From the NCBI GenBank assembly GCA_009694135.1, contig SHVS01000011.1, forward strand, positions 3,972 through 67,971: a stretch of 64,000 bases of DNA, given 5' to 3'. This DNA is from Alphaproteobacteria bacterium (GTDB taxonomy: Bacteria > Pseudomonadota > Alphaproteobacteria > UBA6615). Of this stretch, positions 34,778-45,630 are shown in pieces; the stretch's first letter is position 1; each line of letters begins with the position of its first letter. A program made the position numbers and the translations under genes. The notes under the pieces are model-generated. The model saw only the letters and a program-made list of their open reading frames with translations. It was not told the DNA's origin and did not search any database.

Positions 34778-35241
34778 CACAGCGCCTTCACCGCCGCCAA
34801 CACCTCATCGACATGGCCGGGCAGCTTGACGTAGCGCCACGCCTTGCGCAGCACGCCCTTGCCGTCGATCAGGAATGTCGAGCGCACCACGCCCATGAAG
34901 GTGCGGCCGTACATTGTGCGCTCGCCCCAGGCGCCATAGGCCGCGCAGACCTTGCCGTCCTCGTCGCTCGCCAAGGGGAACGGCAATTCGTATTTTGCCT
35001 TGAACTTGTCGTGGCTGCCGACGCTGTCACGCGAGATGCCGACGATCGCCGCCTTGACCTTGGCAAAGTCGGGCAGCAGGTCGCGAAACTCGCACGCCTC
35101 CTTGGTGCAGCCCGGCGTGTCGTCTTTCGGATAGAAATACAACACAAGCGGCCGCCCCTTGTAATCAGACAGCGATACTTTCCCGCCGCCGTCGCTCGGC
35201 AGGGAAAATGCCGGCGCCTTGTCGCCTTCCTTGATGCTCAT
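34777..35241 (-). CDS. bcp: peroxiredoxin Bcp
   Basis: VLYFYPKDDTPGCTKEACEF, RSTFLID. Confidence 0.93.
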   Translation of the reverse strand: MSIKEGDKAPAFSLPSDGGGKVSLSDYKGRPLVLYFYPKDDTPGCTKEACEFRDLLPDFAKVKAAIVGISRDSVGSHDKFKAKYELPFPLASDEDGKVCAAYGAWGERTMYGRTFMGVVRSTFLIDGKGVLRKAWRYVKLPGHVDEVLAAVKAL

Positions 35242-38186
35242 GTCGGTTTGCTTCCAGTTACAGCCGGGCCTTCGATCAGCTCGGCGTAAATCTGCCGTAT
35301 GCGCGCCGCGACCGCCAGCATCTTGGCGCCGAGCGTCGCAAAATCCTTTGCCTCGCCGGCGCGCGCGAGCGCCTGGCGCAGCGCGGGCGGCCAGCTGTGC
35401 TCGTCGTCCGTGTTTGTCGCGGTCAGCCGCAGCCAGGCTTGCAGAGTGAGCCACAGCCGGGTGGCGGCGATCAACTCCTCGGCCATGGGCGGCGCGAGAA
35501 CGCCAGCTTCCGCCAGGCGGCGAAAGGCGCCATGCGTGCTGGTAGAGAGCACCGCGGGGCGGGCATGGGCGTGCAGCAGTTGCAATGCCTGAGCGATGAA
35601 CTCGCAATCGACCAGCCCGCCGCGGACATGCTTGATTTGCCACGGGTTGTCGCTGTGATGCTCGGCGTCGATGCGCAGGCGCATCTCGGCGACCGCGAGC
35701 AGCAGCGCGGGCGCTGCGCGCTCCATGGTCAGGACGGCAAGCAAGGCTGCGTCGATGCGGGTTTCCATGTCGCCCTCAGCGTAGGCGACGCGCGCGCCGG
35801 TAAGCGCCATGCGCTCCCATGTCCAGGCCTGCGAGCGCGCATAATCGCGAAAGCCATCGAGCGTCGAGGCAAGCGGGCCGGCGTTGCCTTGCGGGCGCAG
35901 GCGCAGATCGACCTCGAACAGCTTGCCCTCGCCGGTCGGGCTGGTGAAGGCGGCAATCAGCCTTTGCGCGAAGCGCTGGTAGAAATGCATCGCCGAAAGC
36001 GGCTGCTTGCCGTCGGAGCGCGTCTCGGCCGGAGCGTCATAGAGCAGCACGAGGTCAAGGTCCGAGCCGGCGGTCAGCTCGCGGCTACCGTATTTCCCCA
36101 GCGCCAGCACGGCGAAATGCCCACCCGGGACGCGTCCGTGCGCCTTGGCCAGTTCTTGCGCGACGCGCGGCACGAGCGCGACGAGAAGCGCGTCGACCAG
36201 ATCACTGGTGGCGCGTCCGGCGGCCTCTGTATTGGCCAAGCCACGCAGCCACAGAACCCCAATGCGGAAGCGCTCGTCATTGGCGAAGCGACGCGCGATG
36301 TCGAGCACGTCCTGCATGTCGTCCGCTGGCGCGAGCCGCGCCTCCAGCGCCGGCACAAGATCTGACTTGGTCGACAGCGGGGCGAAGAATTCACGGTCGA
36401 GCACCGCATCCAGGAGGCCCGGGTTACGCGCCAGCATCTCGGCTAGGCGCGGCGCCAAGCCCATGATTTCCGCCACCAAGTCGAGCAGCGCCGGGTTGGC
36501 GGCGAACAAGGCGAAGAGCTGCACGCCGGATGGAAGCTCGCCGAGGAATGGGTCGAAGCGCAGCAATGCTTGCGTCGGTTCGATGGTGCGCGCGAGCGCG
36601 GCAAGCAGTTGGGGCGTGAGTTCGGTCAGCAATTCGCGTGCGCGCGCCGAGCGCATCGCGCGATAGCGGCCACGATGCCAGTTCTGCACCGTCGTCGATA
36701 CGGCGACCGGATCGGCATAACCGAGGTGGGCGAGGGTCGCCAAGGTTTCCGGGTCGTGCTCGGTGCCGGTGAACACCAGGCTGCCGGAGCCGGCCAGCGG
36801 GCTTTCTTCCTCGAACAAATGGGCGAATGACCGCGCCACGGTCTCTAGTTGGCCGAGCAGATCGCGGCGGAACCCGTCCGCCGTTTCATAGCCAAGAAAG
36901 CGCGCGAAGCCGGCGATTCCCGCCGGCGTGTTTGGTAGCGTGTGCGTCTGCCGGTCATCGACCATCTGCAGCCGGTGTTCCACACGGCGCAGAAAGCGAT
37001 AGGCGCGGGTCAGACGCTCGGCTTCGGCGGGGTCCAAACGCCCGGCGGCGACCAGCGTAGCCAAGCCTTCGAGGGTGCCGCGCAGGCGCAAGCGAGGTTC
37101 GCGCCCGCCCCAGATAAGCTGCTGCGTCTGCACAAAGAACTCGATCTCGCGGATGCCACCGCGGCCGAGCTTCACGTTGTGGCCTTCGACGGCGATCTGT
37201 CCGCCGCCCTTGTGGGCGACGATCTGGCGCTTGATCGAATGAATGTCGGCGATCGCGGCGAAATCCAGGTGCTTGCGCCACAGATAGGGACGCAACGCCT
37301 TGAGAAAGGCCTCGCCCACCGCCCAATCGCCGGCAACCGGGCGCGCCTTGATCATCGCCGCGCGCTCCAAATTCTGTCCGGCCGACTCGTAATAATTTTC
37401 GGCCGCCACGGTCGAGAGCGCGAGCGGCGTCGCGCCCGGGTCAGGGCGCAGGCGCAGATCGGTGCGAAAGACATAGCCTTCGGCGGTCCGCTCATCGAGC
37501 AGGCGCATGACGTCGCGCGTCAGGCGGACGCAGAAGCTTTGCGGCTCGCCGTCGCGCAGCGGCGGCAGGCGCACGGGATCAAACAGCGCGATCAGGTCGA
37601 TGTCGCTTGAATAATTGAGTTCATGCGCCCCGAGCTTGCCTAGGCCAAGGATCACATAGCCGCAAGCACGCTCCGGCTCCGCCGGATACGGCAGAGTGAT
37701 TTCGCCGCGCCGCGCCCGCGCGCGGAGGAGACCGGCCAGCGCCGCGCGCAACGCGAGTTCGGCGATGCGGCTCAAACGTCGCGTTACCTCGTCGACCGTC
37801 CACAGGCCGGTAATATCGGCGAATGCTATGGCCAGGGCGGCGCGTCGCTTGGCATTGCGCAAAGCCGCACCGAGCCCCACGTATTCGGCATCGGCGGCGG
37901 CCCTGAGCTCGGCCTCGACTGCCTTGATTGCGGGGTCGACCTCGCCTTAAAGGAGGCGGCGCGAAAGAGCGAATTCTTGGATGAAAAGCTGTCCGAGGAA
38001 CGGACTGCCGCCAAATATGCCCTCCAGCAGGGTGCGCGTTGACTTTGTATTAAGGGCGCGCCGCGCAAAACTAAGCGCACGCTTGGCGCGCGCGGCATCA
38101 AGCCAATGATCGAGGCCGACGGCTGCCAGCGCCGGATCGGCCGGCAAGGGCAGTTGGCTGGGGTCGTGATCGTGGGCCGGGAGCAT
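35238..38186 (-). pseudogene. glnE: glutamine synthetase adenylyltransferase GlnE with an in-frame TAA at codon 80
   Basis: Two nucleotidyltransferase motifs (GKLGAHELNYSSDID; GKYGSRELTAGSDLD); ORFs 37947-38186 and 35238-37880 share one frame, separated by a single TAA at 37947-37949. Confidence 0.85.
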
Positions 38187-38267
38187 GCGATGCGATTTCC
38201 TCGCACTTACGGTCGAGCCAAGTATAATCTTTAGAGCCTGGCGTTACATGAGGTTGGTCATAGAACG

Positions 38268-41200
38268 GTGAGACAGCTTCGGCACGCCCGTATCCTGTTC
38301 GATATCACGCTCGTTTTGGGCCTGATCGTCAGCACAGGCATATTCGTCCTCGCCGCCCGTTTGGCTCAGGGGCCGATCCGGCTCGCCAGCCTGCGGCCCT
38401 ATGTCGAGCAAGCGCTTAATCCTGCTGGACAGCCCTTCACCGTAATTTTGGGCGAGGCGGGACTCGCTTGGAACGCGCGCGAGCTGGCGTTCGACATACG
38501 GGCCGATGATGTCCAGATATTCGGGACCGACCAGGCGCTCAAGGTCCGGCTGCCCGAGTTGTCGATCCGCATCAGTTTGACGGCGCTCTTGGAAGGCCGC
38601 TTGGCGCCTTCGAGCATCGGTATCGAGGGCGCCCGACTCCATGTCGTTCGCCGCGAAGATAACACTTTCGATCTCGACCTCGGCACCGAGACGGGCGACA
38701 GCGATGGCGTCATGCCGGCGCTGCTTGCCGATTTGCTTGGTCAGGGTGATGGCCGGGCCAGCGCCCTAACGCGCGTAACCATCACCAAAGGGGCGCTGGT
38801 CGTCGAGGACCGCGCGCGTGGGGCGGCTTGGGCCGCGCAAGGCGTGAACATCGACTTACGCCGCGGAAGCGAAGGCATTGCCATCGCGGCGGCGGCGACG
38901 GTCGAGGCCGGTGGCCTCGGCGGCAAGATCACGGTCGCGGGCTATTACGACCCGGCGCGCGGCGGTGCGCGGTTGAACCTATCCTTCGCCGGCTTGGCGC
39001 CGCGCCTGCTGGCGATGATTGAGCCACAGCTGAGCGAGCTCGAGCGCATCGACCTGCTGCTTGGCGGCACCTTATCGCTGGCCTTCGACCGCTCTTTCCT
39101 GCCGGTCGGTGCGCGGCTCGATTTGCGCGGTGGGGCGGGGATGATCTTCGCGCGTGAGTTTTATGCCGATCCGGTCCCGGTGACTGGCATCGGGCTGCGC
39201 GCCGAGGTCGTGGATGGCTTCACTCGGCTGCTGGTCGAGGACGCACGCATCGAACGGGGTGAAACGATCCTGCGTGTCTCCGGTTGGGCGCAGCGCAGAG
39301 GGGGCGTCCTAGGCCTCGATCTCGACGCCGAGGTGACCGCTATGCCGATCAATGAGATGGCGGATCTCTGGCCGGTCGGCGTCGCGCCGGACGCGCGCAA
39401 CTGGACGACCAGCAATATTCGCGACGGGCGCGTGGTGAGCGCGACCGTACATTTGGCCGGCTCCGGGCCGGCCGACACCCCGGCGGAACTCAAAGTGAGC
39501 GATGTCCACGGCCGGATCGAAGCGCAGGGCGTGAGCGTTCATTACCTGCGGCCGATGCGGCCGGTCGTCGGCGTCGATGGCGTGGCGGAGTTCGATCGCC
39601 AGCACTTTCTGATTCGCACGAAGGGCGGCTCAATCGGTGCCATTAAAATCGAAAAAGGGCAGGTCGAGCTGCTCAACCTCGATCAGCGCGATCGTGAGCG
39701 GGCCAAGATCGTCACCACCGTCAGCGGTCTGACGCGCGAGGCGCTGACGTTGATCGACGAAAAGCCGCTCGGTTTCGCCCATGCGATCGGCCTCAAACCG
39801 GCTGCGGCGGCTGGAACGCATGTGACCGAGGTGACGCTTGAACTTCCGCTTTCGCTGAATTTGCCCCTTGCCGACCTGACGGTGCGCGCGGACGCCCGTC
39901 TATCCGGTTTCGCCATGCCGGACGTCGCCTTCGGGCATGCGGTCGACAAGGGCGAGCTGCGCGCCTTGGTCGATAAGGAGCATATCGAGTTGACGGGCGG
40001 GCTGCGGCTCGCCGGCACGCAGTTTGACGTGCGCTATACGCGCGCCTTCGCGGCCAAGGCGACGGTGCAACAGAAAGTCAGCGCCACCGGCCTGCTCGGG
40101 CCGGAATCGCTGGCGCAGCTCGGCATCGATGTCTCGCCTTATATGTCCGGCGCGGTTAATGCCGCGATCGATTACGAGGAGCGGGTGAATGCCGTCGGCG
40201 TGGGCGCGGTGACGCTCGACCTTGCCCCGGCCCAGCTTACGGAGCCGCTGACCGACTGGAAAAAGCCGGCGGGCATGCCAGGCAAGGCAAGTTTTCGCTT
40301 CGAGACACGCGCCGGCCGGCTTGTGCGGGTGCCGGCTTTCGCCGCTGATGGCGAAGGTTTGAGCATCAAGGGCGCCGCCAGTTTTCGTGACAAGAAAGGC
40401 GAACAGTCGCTGGCGCAGCTTGACCTCGATCACTTGGTGCTCGGCGCCACGGACATGCACGCCAAGCTGGTACGCGCGGATGATGATGCGTGGTCGATTT
40501 CTCTTGGCGGAACCCGCTTGGATGTTGCCGCCGTTTTAGCCAAGGCAAAGGCCGCGCCGGCGGCTGAAGCGGATAAGGCGGGCGCGGGTCTGTCGCAGCT
40601 GCCGCCGCTGCAGATTGAAATCGCGGCCGACGCTCCGCTTGGTGAGCTGCGCGTCTCGGATGTCGCATCGATCCATGCGCTGAGTGGCAGCGCCGCCTAT
40701 GACGGGACCCGTTGGACGCCGGTCATGCTCGAAGGAAAGATCGGGAGCGGCGCGATCCATGTGCAGGTCGCCGACGCTGGCGATGGCCGCAGACTGCTGA
40801 TTGATGCCGAGGACGCCGCCGCCGCCATCGGGCTCATCGGCATCAGCGAAGGTCTGGCCGAGGGCGAGTTGAAAATCGTCGGGCGTTACGACGACAAAGA
40901 CGCGGCGCAACCGCTCGAAGGACGCATTGCGATAGCCAAACTGCGCGTGACCAAGGCATCAACCCTGGCGCAGATCCTCACGCTCGCTTCGCTCACGGGG
41001 ATCGGCAATACTCTTTCTGGCCGCGGGGTCGAATTTGAAGCGGTGGTCGTGCCCTTTCACCTCACCGACGCCGCCGTCGTGATCAAGGACGCGCGCGTGG
41101 TCGGCTCGGCACTTGGCATCAGCGGCAGCGGCCGCATTGACCGCAAGGCGGAAACCATCGCCTTCGAGGGCGAACTTGTCCCTGCCTATACGCTGAACAA

Positions 41201-41426
41201 TCTGGTGAGCCGGGTTCCAATTCTGGGCAGATTATTGACCGGCGGCGCCGATGGGCTGTTTGCCGCCACCTATCGCGTCGAGGGACCGCTGGCCGATCCC
41301 AAGGTCTCGGTCAATCCGTTGTCGGTACTTACGCCGGGATTCGCCCGTGTGATCATCGAGCAACTTACCGCGCCGACGCCAATCGAGGGCGTCCCACCGG
41401 CAGGGCCCACGCGGCGCGAAGAATAA
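38268..41426 (+). CDS. AsmA-like / DUF3971 (YhdP-related) envelope protein
   Basis: N-terminal TM, RLAQGPI.L, WP..VAPDARNW, C-terminal G.LVPAY.LN...IPILG.LL...GLFAATY...VNPLS.LTPG. Confidence 0.82.
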   Translation: MRQLRHARILFDITLVLGLIVSTGIFVLAARLAQGPIRLASLRPYVEQALNPAGQPFTVILGEAGLAWNARELAFDIRADDVQIFGTDQALKVRLPELSIRISLTALLEGRLAPSSIGIEGARLHVVRREDNTFDLDLGTETGDSDGVMPALLADLLGQGDGRASALTRVTITKGALVVEDRARGAAWAAQGVNIDLRRGSEGIAIAAAATVEAGGLGGKITVAGYYDPARGGARLNLSFAGLAPRLLAMIEPQLSELERIDLLLGGTLSLAFDRSFLPVGARLDLRGGAGMIFAREFYADPVPVTGIGLRAEVVDGFTRLLVEDARIERGETILRVSGWAQRRGGVLGLDLDAEVTAMPINEMADLWPVGVAPDARNWTTSNIRDGRVVSATVHLAGSGPADTPAELKVSDVHGRIEAQGVSVHYLRPMRPVVGVDGVAEFDRQHFLIRTKGGSIGAIKIEKGQVELLNLDQRDRERAKIVTTVSGLTREALTLIDEKPLGFAHAIGLKPAAAAGTHVTEVTLELPLSLNLPLADLTVRADARLSGFAMPDVAFGHAVDKGELRALVDKEHIELTGGLRLAGTQFDVRYTRAFAAKATVQQKVSATGLLGPESLAQLGIDVSPYMSGAVNAAIDYEERVNAVGVGAVTLDLAPAQLTEPLTDWKKPAGMPGKASFRFETRAGRLVRVPAFAADGEGLSIKGAASFRDKKGEQSLAQLDLDHLVLGATDMHAKLVRADDDAWSISLGGTRLDVAAVLAKAKAAPAAEADKAGAGLSQLPPLQIEIAADAPLGELRVSDVASIHALSGSAAYDGTRWTPVMLEGKIGSGAIHVQVADAGDGRRLLIDAEDAAAAIGLIGISEGLAEGELKIVGRYDDKDAAQPLEGRIAIAKLRVTKASTLAQILTLASLTGIGNTLSGRGVEFEAVVVPFHLTDAAVVIKDARVVGSALGISGSGRIDRKAETIAFEGELVPAYTLNNLVSRVPILGRLLTGGADGLFAATYRVEGPLADPKVSVNPLSVLTPGFARVIIEQLTAPTPIEGVPPAGPTRREE

Positions 41427-41433
41427 CCCAGGC

Positions 41434-42681
41434 TTAAGCGGGCCGCACCAGAACGTGCCGTTTCCGTCCGGCGGAGAGCTTGATCGCGCCGTCGCCGGCA
41501 AGGTCCTTGATCCCGATTACCTGCGCCCAGTCGGCAATCGTCGTGTCGTTAAGGCGCGCCCCGCCCGATGCGATCAATCGCCGTGCATCGCCGCCGCTTG
41601 TGGCCAAACCGGCGCGCTGCAACAGCGTAAAGGCGGCGATCCCGGCTTCGAGCTCGCCGCGCGGAACCGCGACCGTGGGCAGGGAGTCACCGGTCGAGCC
41701 CTCCTCGAAAGTGCGGCGAGCGGTTTCCGCTGCGGCTTTTGCCGCCGCGGCCCCATGCATCAGCGTCGTGGTCTCGTTCGCCAAAACCTTCTTGGCTTCA
41801 TTGACCTCGGCGCCGGACAGGGCTTCGAGCCGCGCGATTTCCGCCAGCGGCAATTCGGTGAACAGGCGCAGGAAGCGGCCGACATCGGCGTCGTCGGTGT
41901 TGCGCCAAAATTGCCAGTAGTCATAGGCCGGCAGCCGGTCGGCGTTGAGCCACACCGCGCCCGCCGCGGTCTTGCCCATCTTCGCGCCCGAGGCGGTGGT
42001 GATCAGCGGCGTGGTCAGGGCATAGAGCTGCCGCCCATCAACACGCCGCGCCAATTCCACGCCGTTGACGATATTGCCCCATTGGTCGGAGCCGCCCATT
42101 TGCAAGACGCAGTCATAGCGGCGCGCGAGTTCAAGGAAGTCGTAGGCCTGCAGGATCATGTAATTGAATTCGAGAAAGCTGAGCGGCTGCTCGCGGTCGA
42201 GCCGCAGCTTCACTGAATCGAAACTCAACATGCGGTTGACCGAGAAATGCCGGCCAATATCGCGCAGGAAAGGAACATAGGCGAGCCTAGCCAGCCATTC
42301 GTCGTTATTGACCAGCAGCGCATCGCCCGCGCCGTCGCCGAAGTTGAGCAGCCGCGCGAAGGCCTGTTTTTGCCCGGCGATGTTGCGCGCGATTTGCTCG
42401 TCGTTCAGCAGAGTGCGCGCCTCGTCCTTGCCCGAGGGGTCGCCGACCTTGGTGGTGCCGCCGCCGACGACGACAATTGGCCGGTGCCCGGTCCGCTGCA
42501 ACAGGCGCAGCATCATGATCGACACCAAATTACCGACGTGCAGGCTGTCGGCCGTGGCATCGAACCCGACATAGGCGGCGATGCGCCCGGCATGGGCCAG
42601 CGCGTCGAGACCGTCCAGATCGCTGCATTGATGCAGGTAACCTCGCTCGACCAGCGTTGTAAGGAATTCCGAGCGGGGCAT
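41434..42681 (-). CDS. tyrS: tyrosine--tRNA ligase
   Basis: [34 protein letters not shown]-terminal S4 domain. Confidence 0.96.
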   Translation of the reverse strand: MPRSEFLTTLVERGYLHQCSDLDGLDALAHAGRIAAYVGFDATADSLHVGNLVSIMMLRLLQRTGHRPIVVVGGGTTKVGDPSGKDEARTLLNDEQIARNIAGQKQAFARLLNFGDGAGDALLVNNDEWLARLAYVPFLRDIGRHFSVNRMLSFDSVKLRLDREQPLSFLEFNYMILQAYDFLELARRYDCVLQMGGSDQWGNIVNGVELARRVDGRQLYALTTPLITTASGAKMGKTAAGAVWLNADRLPAYDYWQFWRNTDDADVGRFLRLFTELPLAEIARLEALSGAEVNEAKKVLANETTTLMHGAAAAKAAAETARRTFEEGSTGDSLPTVAVPRGELEAGIAAFTLLQRAGLATSGGDARRLIASGGARLNDTTIADWAQVIGIKDLAGDGAIKLSAGRKRHVLVRPA

Positions 42682-42807
42682 CGGATCGGTACCTTTCACG
42701 TATGCGCGGCGGGGACACCGCTTGCCCCCAAGCCAGGGCCGATCTAGCACGGGTGACGGGCGCGCTCCAACTCGGGGCGCCCCACTTGGCGCGAAATGGG
42801 GGCGGTC

Positions 42808-43869
42808 ATGCTGACGGCAATCGGGCTGATGAGCGGCACCTCGGCCGATGGCATCGACGCCGCGCTGCTGGCGAGCGATGGCGAGGGCGTGGTCGAGCCG
42901 GGACCGAGTGTGACCATTCCCTACCGGCCGGAATTGAGGGCGACGCTCTTGGCGGCGATGGGGAGCCGGGGCGAGTTGCCCGAGCTAACGCGGGCGCTCA
43001 CCATCCTGCATGCCGAAGCGGTGGCGGCGCTCCTGGCCCTGGCCGGGCGCGGAACCGCGTCGATCGACGTTATCGGCTTACACGGGCAGACCGTCCTGCA
43101 CTATCCGGCCGCGCGGCTGACGCGGCAATTGGGCGATGGTGCGCTGCTCGCCCGGCTTACCGGCATCGACGTGGTCAACGATTTCCGCAGCGCCGATGTG
43201 GCGGCAGGCGGGCAAGGCGCGCCGCTCGTGCCGGTGTACCAACGCGCGCTGGCGACAGCCTTCGCCAAGCCGCTCGCGGTGCTCAACCTTGGCGGCGTTG
43301 GTAATGTCACCTGGATTGGCGGTGACGGCGCGCTGCTGGCCTTCGACACCGGACCGGGCAACGCGCTGCTCGATGATTGGGTGCGCCGCCGCACCGGCGC
43401 GGATTGCGATCGCGATGGCGCGTTGGCGAGTGCCGGTATGATCGACCGCGCCGCCCTCGCGCAACTGCTCGCGCACCCGTATTTCCAGCGCCGGCCACCC
43501 AAATCGCTCGATCGTAACGCTTTCGGCGTCGCCGAGCTCGACCGGCTATCGACTGCCGACGGCGCCGCCACGCTCACCGCCTTCACCGCCGCCGCCGTCG
43601 CGGCCGCGCGCGCGCATTTTACCGCGCCGCCGCGTCGCTGGCTGGTGGGCGGTGGCGGACGGCGCAATCCGGCGCTGATGCGGGCAATGGCGGCGGCGCT
43701 GGCGGCACAGGTCGATCCGGTCGAGGCCGTGGGCTGGGACGGCGATGCGCTCGAAGCGCACGCCTTTGCCTATCTCGCGATCCGCAGCGTTCAGGGTCTT
43801 CCGTACAGCTTTCCCGGAACGACCGGGGTCAAGGCGCCGATGACCGGCGGGCGCCTGCATAAGGCCTAG
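42808..43869 (+). CDS. anmK: anhydro-N-acetylmuramic acid kinase
   Basis: [39 protein letters not shown]. Confidence 0.93.
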   Translation: MLTAIGLMSGTSADGIDAALLASDGEGVVEPGPSVTIPYRPELRATLLAAMGSRGELPELTRALTILHAEAVAALLALAGRGTASIDVIGLHGQTVLHYPAARLTRQLGDGALLARLTGIDVVNDFRSADVAAGGQGAPLVPVYQRALATAFAKPLAVLNLGGVGNVTWIGGDGALLAFDTGPGNALLDDWVRRRTGADCDRDGALASAGMIDRAALAQLLAHPYFQRRPPKSLDRNAFGVAELDRLSTADGAATLTAFTAAAVAAARAHFTAPPRRWLVGGGGRRNPALMRAMAAALAAQVDPVEAVGWDGDALEAHAFAYLAIRSVQGLPYSFPGTTGVKAPMTGGRLHKA

Positions 43870-44513
43870 CCGAGCTGCTTGAGCCTCTTGCCGACATAAG
43901 TGTCGACCGCGCGTGTGAGCGCGTCGAGTTTGTCGCGGAAGAAATGATCGGCGCCTTTGATCACGACGTGATCGACCGAGATGTCCTTCTGTTTCGCCAG
44001 ACGGGTCATCAAAGGCTCGATCCCGGACATGGGCGAAATCGGGTCATCATTGCCGTTCACGATCATACCCGAGGTCGGGCAGGGGGTGAGAAACGAAAAA
44101 TCATACCTCGCCACCGGCGGGGCGATGGCGATGAATCCGTCGATTTCCGGCCGGCGCATCAGCAATTGCAGGCTGATCCATGAACCGAAGGAAAAGCCGC
44201 CGATCCAGCATGTGCGGGCGCTCGGGTTATAGGCTTGCAGCCAGTCGAGCGCCGAGGCCGCATCGAACAACTCGCCCTCGCCGCGGTCGAAGGTGCCTTG
44301 CGAGCGGCCGACGCCACGAAAATTAAAGCGCAGCACGGAAAAATTGCGCGCGCGAAACGCTTGATAAGCGGTATAAACCACTTTGTTATTCATCGTGCCG
44401 CCGGCTTGCGGCTGCGGGTGCAACAGCAGAGCGATCGACGCGCCCGGCGTCGGCGAGTGGTGATAACGGCCCTCGATGCGCCCGGCCGGGCCGTTGATGA
44501 TGACGTCAGGCAT
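43866..44513 (-). CDS. alpha/beta hydrolase (Fe-S-locus-associated family)
   Basis: GPAGRIEGRY, GGTMNNKVV, RFNFRGVGRS, GFSFG, ADHFF. Confidence 0.88.
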   Translation of the reverse strand: MPDVIINGPAGRIEGRYHHSPTPGASIALLLHPQPQAGGTMNNKVVYTAYQAFRARNFSVLRFNFRGVGRSQGTFDRGEGELFDAASALDWLQAYNPSARTCWIGGFSFGSWISLQLLMRRPEIDGFIAIAPPVARYDFSFLTPCPTSGMIVNGNDDPISPMSGIEPLMTRLAKQKDISVDHVVIKGADHFFRDKLDALTRAVDTYVGKRLKQLG

Positions 44514-44592
44514 TGTCAGGAATCGAATACATGTACTTGAAATTCAAAGATAAAATCAGATCCACGACGCACGCTGCCCAGCCCGCGGTTAC

Positions 44593-44621
44593 TTGACCCA
44601 GCGACGGGTCGGGACTATATC
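44593..44621 (+). promoter_or_regulatory. putative sigma70 promoter of cysE
   Basis: TTGACC-N17-TATATC, 60 nt upstream of the cysE ATG. Confidence 0.55.
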
Positions 44622-44681
44622 GCCAGGAGATCGACGGCCAGCGCGGCCCCCGCAGCCTTGGCAATCGGCCCTGATTTCTGA

Positions 44682-45497
44682 ATGTTGCGGCCCACTATCC
44701 AGGACGAGACGAACTTGTTCAAGCGCCTCATCGCCGACATAGACGCCTATCTTGAGCGCGACCCGGCGGCGCGCACGCGAATGATGATCGTTCTGGCCTA
44801 TCCTGGGTTGCATGCGACCTGGGCGCATCGCGTCTCGCATTGGCTGTGGTCGCAAGGGTGGCGCATCCTGCCGCGGGTCCTGGCCAATATCGCTCGGTTG
44901 TTCACCGGCATTGAGATTCATCCGGCGGCCAAGATCGGCCCGGGCTTGGTGATCGATCACGGCATGGGCGTGGTGATCGGCGAGACGGCTGAGATCGGCG
45001 CCCGCGTCACGCTTTATCACGATGTGACCTTGGGCGGCACCGCGCCGGCGGTCGATAGTGTCGGCCAGCGCAACACCAAGCGCCATCCAACCTTGATGGA
45101 CGATGTGATCGTCGGCTCAGGGGCGCAGGTGCTTGGCCCGATCACGGTCGGCTGCTGCGCGCGCGTCGGCGCCAATGCGGTCGTGGTCAGGGATGTGCCG
45201 GAAGGAGCCACCGTTGTCGGCGTGCCGGCGCGCGTCGTGCAGCCCAAGGGCACGGCCAAGCCTGATCAATTCACCGCCTATGGCACACCGACCGACGATC
45301 TGCCCGATCCCGTGGCGCGCGCGGTCGAGCGGCTCTCGCGCGAGCTGATGGCGCAACATGCGCGGATCGAGATGCAGAACGCCCGCATCGAACAGCTGGA
45401 GCGCGAGCTGGCCAAGGCCGAGGCGGTCACGATGCCGAAGCCGGACGATAAAGCGGGCGCGCGCCGTCGCAAGCCGGCCGCCGACAAGGCGAACTAG
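44682..45497 (+). CDS. cysE: serine O-acetyltransferase
   Basis: RDPAAR, TGIEIHPAA.IG, IDHGMGVVIGETA, KRHPTL. Confidence 0.93.
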   Translation: MLRPTIQDETNLFKRLIADIDAYLERDPAARTRMMIVLAYPGLHATWAHRVSHWLWSQGWRILPRVLANIARLFTGIEIHPAAKIGPGLVIDHGMGVVIGETAEIGARVTLYHDVTLGGTAPAVDSVGQRNTKRHPTLMDDVIVGSGAQVLGPITVGCCARVGANAVVVRDVPEGATVVGVPARVVQPKGTAKPDQFTAYGTPTDDLPDPVARAVERLSRELMAQHARIEMQNARIEQLERELAKAEAVTMPKPDDKAGARRRKPAADKAN

Positions 45498-45630
45498 CCG
45501 TCTGCCGTTCGGTGCCTTACGGAATGAATCCTCGGGCGGTTTCGTTGCGGGGCAGAGCAGCGCGTGGATGGACGAGGTCGCTTCCGGTAGGCATTTTTCG
45601 GCGAAATTTTAGTTGCCCTGGGGTGGCGCG

